Source: Azolla caroliniana (Eukaryota > Plantae > Polypodiophyta). From it: 64,000 nucleotides of DNA. Position 1 is the first letter of the stretch; each line of letters begins with the position of its first letter. The stretch covers positions 11,594,001 through 11,658,000 of the forward strand of contig JBHGNT010000013.1 in assembly GCA_043228905.1 (NCBI GenBank). Direction: 5' to 3'. Under the pieces are notes generated by a model that was given only the letters and a program-made list of their open reading frames with translations, searched no databases and was not told the DNA's origin. Below are positions 1-11,368 of the stretch, in pieces. The position numbers and the translations under genes were made by a program.

Positions 1-846
1 TGACAGGCTTGAAGATGATCAACTTGACGTGCAATCGCAGTTCGAGAGCTATGAGCAGGAGTGATGGCGGAAGGAAGCTAAAAAGCGGGCGGAGCAAATC
101 AACATTAGTGATGAGGAGCAACCGACAAAGCCACAATCGCAGCCAGATCAGCAGACAGAAGGAGTCGGAAATGAGCAAATGGAAGAAGTTGGAACGGAAC
201 AGCTGGAAGGAGCCAAAGCAGAGCAACAACAACAACAATCGGAGCAACAACAGCAAGAAGAACCACTCGAGCTTTTGGATCAAAGTATCCTGGACTTACT
301 TGATGAGGATTGAGGGAGATGACCCGTGGGTTCGACGTGCAAGGCATTGTCCCTTGGGCGTGTCATGTGTTGGCCTAGAGGATGATCCGGAGGGATAGTG
401 GGTACAAGGACGAGTCGGAGAAATGTATTAGAAGCATAATTATTAGTTAGGAAATATTATAGGAACGGACGGATCCGGATAGTTGTACCAATCCGGATCC
501 GCACCGATTAATAGTGTCAGTAGCCGATAAGGCACCATTTTGTATTTCCTTCCGGATGCCTATAAAAGGGTCCAGAATCGATGTAATTGTTTAACAAAAG
601 TAATAAGAGATTAGTGTTTGGTTTTAATTCTATTGGGTCTTTGAGTACTTGCTGTTCTGCGCTTCAATTTTTAATCTTACGCATGTTATAACTACTCTGT
701 TGTGTCTTAACAATCCGGAACGTAACCGAAATTAGTCGGATCGGAATCGAATAACCGGATAACATCCATCCCTTCACCACCCCTTTGGTGAAGTGTTCCG
801 GAAAGAACACTCTGTGTTTGAGGCTAAGTCCAACCCAAAGTAAACA
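1..846 (+). mobile_element. 3' end of a Ty3/Gypsy LTR retrotransposon related to element C (tail of 3' extra ORF plus 3' LTR 368-846)
   Basis: Frame from nt 2 reads DDQLDVQSQFESYEQE*...INISDEEQ...EPLELLDQSILDLLDED* (stop 311-313), homologous to the end of the extra ORF of element C. LTR starts TGTTGG at 368, ends GTAAACA at 846 and has TATAAAA at 561. Its U5 end (ccctttggtgaagtgt...ctgtgtt) matches the U5 end of the C LTR. Confidence 0.8.
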
Positions 847-1319
847 ATAATTAGTAGATCAATGCTTCTAATTACTATGTAATGTTGGCTATCTTAAAAA
901 TCTACTTTGGTTCTCTAACTAGTGTCAAGCATTTTGCATAGAGTTTTTATGTCATTTAAGTGTTTTACATCAAGTGTTATTACAATATTTTGATGGGAAC
1001 TTTCTACCAACAAAGCTCAATCAACACATATCCTTGCCACCCTTTTGTGTTGGCAATCTATCAATTGGCAATTATGATTAAGCTCTCTTATGACATCGTT
1101 GTCCAAACACAACCAACATTGGTCAAACGGCACTCACTAGAGTGTAGAGTTTAGTAATTCTCTATCACCCAACGATTTATGTCCTTGGACTGGTAAATGT
1201 TTGAAATGCTATTTTTAGTGCCATTTAGGAATACAATAACCTTAGGAAAGATTGCTTATTCAATATTAAGTACTAAATACTCACACCACAACATTATTTA
1301 TCATAATTTAATGAAAGCT

Positions 1320-1760
1320 TGGTTAATGGTGAAAGTTTCACTACCATGGTAAATGACTCAATGTATATGATGGTGGCATCCACTGCTCAACAACAATGTT
1401 ACCATCCATTTCATGCAAAAATGTTACTTTGGCAAGCAATCATTGGCAAGTAGTTTTGGCAAAAACTTTAAAACATCACCAGATTTCAAATGGGGCATGT
1501 TTTTTCTATACAACGATTTAAGGACGAAGTCATGCACAGATTCTTCACATGTCCAATAGCTAGAGCCATTGTTGGTGCACCTTCACCCTCAATAACTAGG
1601 ACACGTTTGTTAATAATTAGGAAACTTATGTCACTCTACATCGGTTTTCACCCTGATATTTGAAGCTTTATCCTCCTCATCATATATGGTAATGCTTGAC
1701 TACTTTAGGTATTGGAATCTATGATCACAATTGGAGTACATTGGTTGAAAGGAATTTTCA
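1320..1760 (+). mobile_element. Highly degenerate LINE (L1-like ORF2 C-terminal) remnant
   Basis: 1535-1570 translates HRFFTCPIARAI, resembling the H-x-F/L-F-x-C-P-x-A zinc-knuckle half of plant LINE ORF2. No long ORF; boundaries approximate. Confidence 0.4.
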
Positions 1761-2423
1761 CGATCAACTGAGGATGAAAATAACTTAGTGATGTACAAAG
1801 GAATACAATAACTGTTGGGAACTCTTTACCACCTCTTTTGGCCTACGCCCAAGGGTATTTGGAGGACAAAGGGGTGCATTCTAATTATGGAAACCGACTT
1901 AAACGTTTCCGTCTCCACTTTACAAGATTTTGCAAGAACTCAAGAACCTAAAAAATCATTTAACAAGTTTTAGCATAGGATTACATTAGGTATTTGATAG
2001 ATGAGCTTGAGTATAAATGACGCATACTAGTGGCATGATACACACCTCATTTGTGTCACGAAGTGAACACGATGCATTTGTTTCTTTCGCAACATTTGAT
2101 ACTAATATGCCAAGGCCAACCTTTCGTCTACCGACCACCTAATTTACATGCCAAATTCAATGGATAAGCACATATTACATGTCAATACATCATTAAAGAA
2201 AGAACAAGTCGGGTCCATGATACCATGGAATATCGGTTGGATCGATATGCCTCAAACACATGTGGCATAGGGTTTAGGGTTAAAGTAATGAGCAAGTTAA
2301 GCATAGAAACATGTGCATCTTTACCGCTACCTAATCAGATGCACACTCATATATGTGAGTTTCTTTAACATTGATAATTCAAACATAGTTTGAGTCTATG
2401 CACTACAAACCACTCAAGCTTAC

Positions 2424-4561
2424 TTTGAAAGCATCTTCATCTGTTCTATCATCTCCAATATAGATTGGGAAGAAGTCGTTCCTATTCTTGGAACCTATTT
2501 CAGGGAAACAGCGGCTTCAGCACAACTGTAATGAGTGATATTAGCAATAAGATATAGTACATGCATTTGTAACCAATCTCATCCTTACCAAGGGCTTGTA
2601 GTAAGTAATTGAGTGCCTTGCCTTTGTTCCATGCAATCGAAGGTCGAATTTCCAAGATCTGATTCCGAAAGGATTCAAAGTATAGATGTTTTAGTTGGTT
2701 GCAAATCCCTCCAAAATTTACACTGACTATATCCCGATGGGTCTTGTGTCCAATGTATTGCACGCAAATTTTACCTTTCGACCTTGCGTTAGACGAAGCT
2801 TTGGATACGACCCAAGCACATGTTGCACTTGTTCTGCAAGTGATAACCAATCCTGGACAGCAATAAAAAACATGAAAAAGTTTCTTCAGAATCTCCACAA
2901 ACATTGCTGAAAATTTTTAAGATATCGGCAAGAATGAATAGTTCACAATACAGGATTGAATACTTATGTATCAAGAACAATGTCTATTTATTTGTAATAC
3001 CTCCTCTTTCACATTACGGAAATGAACACTTATACAGAACTTGTTGTGCTCAATCGTTGCTCCGCGGACGTGTTGTATTTTTTCCTCCAAGAGCTCAAAG
3101 ACCTAGGTACACTCAAAAGACGGACAAGAGTTAATACAAACAAGATGCAGAACCACATGATGTGAATAGGATTAACTACTAGAGATCACATGCTTCTTAC
3201 TTCATTCATCACAAGTGTCAAATCAGTGGCAGGTTGGAACATAACCATTTGATTCCCCCCCTATAAATAGGCATCACTAGAATTGGTTACTTCTTCCGAC
3301 CATAATTTAAACATGCAATAAAGAAAACAAAGACATAACAAACAAAAGACTTGACACAATTACAAAGCTTGGTAAAAGAAAGTTCCTCTCTTTGATCCCT
3401 AGTTCTAGAACTTGCTCGGCTGAAAAAGAAAGAAAGAAAGAAACATTCATACCTTCTCATCCAAAGTGTTCTTTACTCGGAGGTTGTGACCCTTAAACCC
3501 ACTTGCGGGCCCCACAATGTCCATACCATGACTTCCTGCATAGTATAACTCTGGTAGCTGAACAAACTCATACACCTGTACAAAAACCAAAAATAGAAGA
3601 GCTAGAATCGTCAGTTATGCATTTATTCGTCAATCTTGTGAACGCTGAACTCTTAACCATGGCCCCAGAACTTGCATTATATATACCTTCTCTCTACTTC
3701 TCCCGGTGATTATCGCAGTTGGGAATAAAGCGGATAAGTCTTTTACTGTTTTCCGCATCTGAGTAACAGAGAGAAAAAAAATACATGATTGGAAAAACCA
3801 TTGACACAAGATTTGATAATATAATATTTCTATAGATGATCGGTATACCTCATCTGACATGAATGCACATTCAGGGTCATTCACTATTGGTGACAATGTC
3901 CCATCATAATCCAGAAAGACTGCGATACATTTCCCTGTCGCAGCTTCAATTATTTCTTCGAATTTATCAAATGCCGATGGATGTTTAGCCTGTAGAATCA
4001 ACATATTCAAACTCAACACAATCACAGCGATCACAATGACGGATAACAGAGGCAAAAAGTAATGAAATGCACACAATAAAAGGTACTTACAATCCATGCC
4101 ATGTATCGAGCATTAGCCGTAGCATCGTCATCGTCATCAATAATATCTTCATCTGAGTTGGTGACGAGATCACATCGCGGGTTTGGATGGCAAAATATGT
4201 GACGAGGAGGGGACAAATCCCTCATGGCCTCAATCCATCCATGCACTAATCGATTCTTGATGACAGTTGGTGGCAACTCATGTGGCGGTGCTGTAATTGT
4301 ATGCTTTTTCAAATACAAGTGAGGAGCCACATGAGTCGGCATGATTGCTGTGGTCGTGCTGGTGGAGCTGCTGATAATGTTGTTTGTGGCCGATGATTTC
4401 ATTATACTCGACGGATCGAATGAACGCAATACACTGGATGGTGACGTGATATTATTTCCAGATGAATTAAAACTTGGCTTCGATTGTAGGACACCAGAAG
4501 CACTTGGGGGTGGTAGTACCGATGATGGATCTTCGGCAGCTGAGCAATAAATTATATTCAT
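2424..4561 (-). CDS. TPP: Trehalose-6-phosphate phosphatase (plant TPP family, HAD superfamily); 3'-incomplete in this window
   Basis: Exons, all GT-AG and phase-consistent: 4561-4091, 3989-3849, 3758-3687, 3575-3453, 3260-3201, 3102-3001, 2852-2775, 2658-2589, 2494-2424 (396 codons). Motifs: [18 protein letters not shown] (HAD motif I), [67 protein letters not shown]. The usual terminal exons (GILVS...KET...) were not found between 847 and 2423. Confidence 0.93.
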
Positions 4562-4660
4562 GGCCAGTTCTTCAAGAATGAAATACTTTATTTCCCTCTT
4601 TCGTAGCAGTAAATTAGTTCTCTGGTTATATAAATCTTTCAGTAGATTACTTTAGCTCGC

Positions 4661-4705
4661 CTGCCAGTATAAATGAAGAAGAATGTCAATATATATACTC
4701 TCGTT

Positions 4706-4744
<39 letters not shown>

Positions 4745-4948
4745 ATTCACATGTATGCGTGGATAAAAATTTTAGATAGATAAAATTTTATGTATGAAGA
4801 TGTCCACACATCTATGAAGATCATTCAGGTATATTATATGCAAAACATTTATATAACTCTCATAGAGACAGACATTTGCATAATCAGAAATCTTCGCTGA
4901 TACATTTTGTAATGCCACAGAGAGAGAGAGGAGAGTGAAAAAAGGTAC
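4661..4948 (-). other. Probable 5'-UTR intron of TPP
   Basis: Donor AAG|gtacct at 4948 and acceptor ggcag| at 4661, between the putative TATA box and the ATG. Contains a (CA)n tract. Confidence 0.5.
4711..4740. repeat. (GT)n microsatellite
   Basis: About 15 TG units, read directly. Confidence 0.95.
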
Positions 4949-5297
4949 CTTGCTTTCTTTCTTTTTTCTTCTTTCTACGAAATGAAGATCATGTCGTGAA
5001 TCAAACAGAAGCTTTGTTTTGCTTTGTCTTTTGGTAGGAAGTGGGCCAGAGGGCTGCTTCCATCCGTCCGTCCGTCCGTCCGTCTGTCTTTCTGTCTGTC
5101 TGTCTGTCTTTCCTGTTTTGAGGGGGGGGAGGGGGGGGGGCAGGAATGTCTGATCGATTGCGATACAGGATTTGGTCTGCTGTTTCTTGCTGCTTTTTGA
5201 TCGCGAATAGGAGGAGTGGGGAAGAGAAAGGAAGGAAAACACAGAAGCAACAAAAACACATGCAGAGAGAGTACAAGAAGACACAACAAAAATCTCG

Positions 5298-5305
5298 TAT
5301 TTATA
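5298..5305 (-). promoter_or_regulatory. Putative TATA box of TPP
   Basis: cTATAAATAc on the minus strand about 740 nt upstream of the ATG, followed by a pyrimidine-rich leader and preceded by a GA-repeat. Confidence 0.55.
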
Positions 5306-5402
5306 GACCCCCCCCCCCCCTCTCTCTCTCGCCCTTTTTCTCACGAAATACATTTTCCTTTTTAGAAAATAATATTTAGTAAATAAATATAAATACCTTT
5401 CC

Positions 5403-5404
<2 letters not shown>

Positions 5405-5460
<56 letters not shown>
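5405..5460. repeat. (CT)n/(GA)n microsatellite in the TPP proximal promoter
   Basis: About 28 CT units; a short (CA)n follows at 5491-5508. Confidence 0.95.
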
Positions 5461-5463
<3 letters not shown>

Positions 5464-7587
5464 TTTCTCTAGCCTTATCAAGATTGCATTCACACACACA
5501 CACACACATTGCTATGCCTCCACCTGACGTTGTCACTGTTATGGACCACTCTCGCCGCATGGCTAAGTCTGTCTCCGATCCTGCCCCGCCTCTCCAGTGT
5601 TCTCTTCTGCTCAAACACCACCTTCGAACAAGTAGATCTCCTCCTAGATATACACACAAACATGCTGCTGTTTCTCAAGTAATTCTGATTGTAGCGCAAC
5701 ATTTTATGTTTTATTAATCCCCAAATAACCAACCCCGCCACTATGTGGATGGACTCCGTCATCAACTGTTTGAGCTAATCTCCTATCTCCCAATGCCCTC
5801 CACAAAACAGTTAATCTCCTATCTTCCAATGTCCTCCGAGGTTTGCTTCTACCAATGGTTTAGATAGATCAACCCTCGTGTCTTGTTGCTTCAAAATAAA
5901 GTCGTCGGTGTGACAACGTCCATGCACATGAGGAAACGAATAGGAGGATCTATATACAATGTCGTCTCGATGGAGTATACGCAAGACACGAAGGAACAAA
6001 TATGTATTCTCAATGAGATGGAGGGATTATATGCCCATGAAAATTTGCAATTAAGTTTTTCTTTCTAGTAAATGAGCACAATATGGCCCTTTTCGCAAAC
6101 ATAATTTGAATCTTCTTGCTCATGTTCTATTCGGTTATCAAGTATGCGAAGGTTGGATGTTGTTCTCCGAGAATATTTTGCACATTTCACTAGTTTCTTA
6201 GAAAATAACAGTACATCCATCACATGCACCTTGATAACTCTCGTCTTTTAGAATAACATTGGATTTAGCAACTTTACAAAGTTACTTCACGTTCATGTTA
6301 CATGACAAACCATCAACATGTATATGTTATGAACCCAGATGTGAACAACATTTAATTTGTCCAACTAACACAATAGAGGAAACTATTTTAAAGGTCATCA
6401 TGGTTACGTAGTCATTGGATAAAGATAGGGTCCAAATTTGAAGGGCGGCCAACTAACTAATCTCTATATAAAACAATGCTCATGTTTCTCCTTTACAAGA
6501 TATTTGAAACGTGTTACACTTTTAAAAGTAAACAATGTCTTTTTTATGAGTGTGACATATTGACTTGGGTGACGACAATTCTAAATTTGCTGGTATGGTG
6601 AGGTTGTTGTTTCATGAAAACATCATCAACTACAAAAGTGGTCCAAATCACACATTAACATCGAAATTGTGGTAATGTACATGTTATTGACTTTTGGCAT
6701 GATGTTTTAACTTGGTTAAAAGAATTGTGCATGGGTTAGTGACAACCTAAACGTATTAGGTTATAAAAAAAAAATTGTTTCGATGAGGGCTCATCTCGAT
6801 ATTGCTATATGAACGACTTTGTTTCAACACATTCGCGTATGCTTTCTACAAATGACAAAATATTTGCTCTCGTAACATCCTTACAATTGTGAAGAATTCT
6901 TATGATCCAAGCCACAAAAAGTTGCCATGTCTAACCTTTACCTAGTTCTTGCATTTCACTTACAATAGAAGAAAGGGTTTGATGACTTAGGAATTCTCTC
7001 ACTCCTTTTGAATACCCATCATACTCAATGAGGTTGAAGCTTTAGTGACAACTTGTGTATGTGGGAATCCACAATCACACAAAAAATAGTGGAATATGGG
7101 GATAGTCTTCTAGCATAACTCTCATATGCTCTACATTGCATCATGCAGTTGGCTAGTTCAGTTGAGGTTTATGTGTGTTGTTTGTCCAAGCCGGAACATT
7201 GGTTATTTGATCACTAAAAGATATGCCACATTATTTTAGGACGTATGAGATCTATTAAGATCAAGTAGGATTCACAAAAGGAATTTCTTTTAGTAATCAC
7301 TGAGATTTTACAATGAATGCAGAAGGAAACTTACATTAACTTTTTGTGGGGGTTTTTTTATATTTCCCTAATAAAAGAACACAAGCTCGACCGACATATT
7401 TGTTCCGTGAGTAATGAGGAAGTTATGAGATATAAGTGCGGAAGGGCAAAGAAGGGCGTAAATAGAAGGAAGAACAAGAGCATGCTGTGATTGATTGATT
7501 GTAGAAATGGGAGGTGTTTTTTGAAGAGAGGAAAAACCAACACCCAACGAAAAACACATTAGAAAGGCTCACGAGGAAAAACCAGAA

Positions 7588-7710
7588 TTATCCAAATTTC
7601 TATAATTAAAGGGAAAGCAATTTAAAAAGAAATAGATGTAAATCAGGTTTATCCAAATTTCTATAATTAAAGGGAAAGCAATTTAAAAAGAAATAGATGT
7701 AAATCAGGTT
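7588..7710. repeat. Perfect 61-bp tandem duplication
   Basis: ttatccaaatttctataattaaagggaaagcaatttaaaaagaaatagatgtaaatcaggt at 7588 and 7649. Confidence 0.9.
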
Positions 7711-7844
7711 TTATTTTTATTTGTAGAAATAAAAGAAAAATGTAAAAAAGAGAAGAAATAGAAGGAAGTAAAAATAAAATAAAATAACATAATAATAATG
7801 CTGCCAAATTGCCCGGTGTTCGTTCGCCAGGTGGCGGTCAAAAA

Positions 7845-7965
7845 AAGGCGCGTGGAGGACACGTGTCTCCCATTCCGCGATCCGCGCTGGCCAATCGCCG
7901 CGGATGACGTGGCGCGATGACGGCTGCGCGCCATGGGCACGTGCAGGCAGCATCACGTGGCGACG
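7845..7965. promoter_or_regulatory. GC-rich G-box/ABRE cluster (candidate distal enhancer of TPP)
   Basis: CACGTG 7860-7865, CCAAT 7891-7895, TGACGTGGC 7905-7913, CACGTG 7938-7943, CACGTGGC 7954-7961, CE3-like CGCGTG near 7849; another GACACGTGTC at 8141-8150. CpG-rich island in AT-rich surroundings. Confidence 0.55.
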
Positions 7966-10900
7966 AGTACCCGCCTCTTCTCTCTCTCGATCTCTGAGCC
8001 TCTAAAGCCAAATAAAAATTTTAATTAAAATTAAAATTCTTTTTGGAAAGCCCTCTTTTTCGTCTCTGCCTTCTTAAATATTTTGCCATATTTTCCCTTT
8101 TTTCTTTTCTTAAATTTCCGTGTCCTTTCATTCGCCTGTCGACACGTGTCAGCAGGATTGACTCCCTCTCTCTCTCTCTAACTAGTACACTCTAGTTAGA
8201 ATGTGACCGAACTGACATTCTAACTGGGCCAGAAGCTTAACTCCAAGCGATCCAAAATACGCGTAACGATGATAAAGGTTGGTGGTTTAAAAGTTTAGCA
8301 TTAACTTCTCGCTTCCAGATGTTCTCTCGAGACATTAGATTGCGCATCTATCCTATGGACTTCCTTCCCCACAATATGAATCTATCATCACGACCACCAA
8401 CTATTGGTGAATTGTAAAAAACCAGGGGGCGGCAAAGGGGGGGGGGGGGGGGGGGGTAGGAGGATCTATCACCACACGTCATCCTCTTGTGTCTGTCTCT
8501 ATCCTCGGCGTTCTCTAGATTTGTCATGGACACCATCCATTCGTTCCTCACACATAAAGTGGCACGCGTCTCCTTACCTACTCTGGCATAGTCTCTTCTC
8601 TCCTATCCCCCCATTGGCATGCACGAGTACAATTGCAACCTTCTTTTTCTCTACATAGTTTGGTGCCATGAAAACAGGAAAAGTCTTGTCTTGGGAAACA
8701 TTACTGTAATCCTTTTCCACTCTTTTATAGAGGAAATTTTAATTTATCTCGCCAATGGGAGGGAGAAAACTTCGAAGTGTAATAACTTGAAAGTGACAAC
8801 ACCAAATGTACATTGTTGCATGAAGCTCTCATATTATTGGTGCCGTTCAATATGGCATGTTTCAATGTGCCCAACGTACAACAATCTCATCTCGTAGCTT
8901 TATAAACTTTTGGGCTTGTGCTTCAACCTTCAATCGTCAAGGGACACCTATGAAAACCACGTGAACTATTTCCCCAAAGTACTTTTTCACCTTCAAAATG
9001 CACTGATTGGAACCTAATAAAAATCAATATGTTTCTTGTATACACATCATAACCACTTTTGATTTACCAAATTGCGCATTATATCGTGCTTTGGGGACTT
9101 GATCATCCTTTAACATTATATTTTCTTATTTTATTAATGTATTCACATGCCCTTTACACAAATATATTGAAAATTCGCAAGTACCATTCTAATGTTGCAT
9201 GATAAAACACAATGTGAAAGCATTGTGAAGTTGATCTAAGATATTATTGCTGATAGAATTTCTAGCTTACATATATACTATTTAAACATATAAACATGGT
9301 TGTGTGGCAATAAAGTATGCTTAACAATCTCAATGGCCATGTGTTCAACCTTGAGCAATAGGTTTTATGTCATCATGAAACAACGATATTTTATGCACTC
9401 TTAACAAAATGCTTCTCCTTGAGGGTTAAAAACGAAGTCTAAACATACTTCAAAAAACATATGGAGCACATTCCTCAATATATTCTATGTTTCTTTGATG
9501 ATACTTGGAAGTTGGAACAACCCTTAAAGTTAACTTAACAAGAAAATTTAACAGAACTCTTAACATTATTGTGTTGTACTTCGAGTTAGATAAACATTTA
9601 TCCTAAAAAACGATGTTTGGCAAATAAATCCTTGTTCTCGTGGATTTAGAACACTCTTGACTAATAATCTTTGAGTTCAAGATAGGGTTTTCTAATGATA
9701 ATGCCTTGTCGGTAACTTTATTCAAGATAGGCTTTTCTAATGACGAGAGAAATTTATTGAATCTCATAAGAATTATTAGTAACTTTTAACGTTTGAGTAG
9801 AATAAAATAGCTCGTGGATTGGAGGCTTGATTAAGTGAGAATTAAATACATTTGACATATGAACAAGGATCAAATGTATAGTGTCTAACGTCTTATAATT
9901 ATATATGATGGATCCTCTACCTTTGTAATTTGTAATTGCTATGTCACAAACCCCCTACAGAAATGGATATGCTTATCTTGGAAAGATAAATGTTGTTGTA
10001 CAACATAGTTCTCCTTTTCTTAAACAGTTTTACACTTTCTCTAGAATAAAGTAAACAAGGTCGGCAAGAAAGGAAGCAAATTTGAAGAGTATGTGGCCAA
10101 TACCTGGTGAATGTGGTAGCTTTATCAAGTTTTCATGATTCACGCACCAAAAAGTTCTTGAAGGGAAATTTTCAAGATGTTTTGACATTGATCTAGAAAG
10201 GGGGAATGACACTACTTCAACGTAATGTTGGAGATTTCGACACATATCTACTGAAATGCACAACCCACAAAAAAGTGTAGATAAAGGGGAACATATTCAT
10301 CTAGCACCACACGAATATTTGGAGTTCTGAGTTTTAAATAAATTTTTTGTCCAATCTGGACATGTGTTACATGTCTCATATTTAGTCTTTTTAACTTCTA
10401 TTAATAATTAAAAAACATGTAGAATCATGGTTGACTATGGGTCTAAAAGAAAAGAGGAATATATGTTCTATGATTACAAATTTTTTTATTACTTTTGGTA
10501 TGAGAATACTTTAGGAAACATAATTATAAGGAGTGACTTTATAACATGGAATTACATTGCTTCACACACTCATCCTTGGATACATACATATTGAGACGAG
10601 TTATCAATCTAGAATCAATTCCATGTAAACTAACGAAGGTGAATTAAAGTGACCATTTCAAAAGTGGAATGATGTGACACCATAGTTTCTAGGAGTAAAG
10701 AACATTAACACTTGAACTTCTATACATATCTGAAAGTTTTGATTTTCTATCATAACTTTACATGTTGATATAGTCTCAATGTCGGTGAAACCAAATTAAA
10801 GCTAACATATTTAATTCTGAAGGGCTTGTAGGTTTCTTTGATTGTTGTGTGGTTTCTAAATGGATGATTGATTGAAATTGAAATAACCAAAATGGACCAA

Positions 10901-11330
10901 CTTTGGAAGTTCCATTCACTGCATCATAATTGCGTCATATAGCTTTAGATTGTATCTCCTAGACTTTTTGTTCCATTCTTTTGTGTCTGTCAAATTTATT
11001 TGTGCATAATAAATATTTCATGCCAGCATAATGAAATTGAATTCTTACTAAATTGCAACGTTGTAAGACTTTGCATTGTGAACTTTTATTATACCTTTAT
11101 GCTTTTAAGAGGATTAGATGACACTTACAAATACAATCTGCTTGATTGGGACATGGGTTCTTTAGACATAATGAGCATTGCTATTTAGCAACTTCTTGTT
11201 ATGAAAGGTGTACAATGAAAAATGGTATGAAATATGTTCACATGCTAGTTTGAAAACCCATGTTCTATCGTAATCTCTACTAACTGCTACAAAGTGTATT
11301 ATTGTCCCATGTACATCCATAAATAACAAT

Positions 11331-11334
<4 letters not shown>

Positions 11335-11364
<30 letters not shown>
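11335..11364. repeat. (AT)n microsatellite
   Basis: About 15 AT units. Confidence 0.95.

Positions 11365-11368
<4 letters not shown>

Noticed and set aside
2330-2380. NVKETH as TPP exon 10
   Set aside because: Only superficial similarity to PKET, no GILV motif, and an early stop.
4772-5659. 295-aa minus-strand ORF and overlapping ORFs
   Set aside because: Built from (GA)n, (CA)n, poly-C and tetranucleotide repeats in the TPP promoter/leader; no domain signal.
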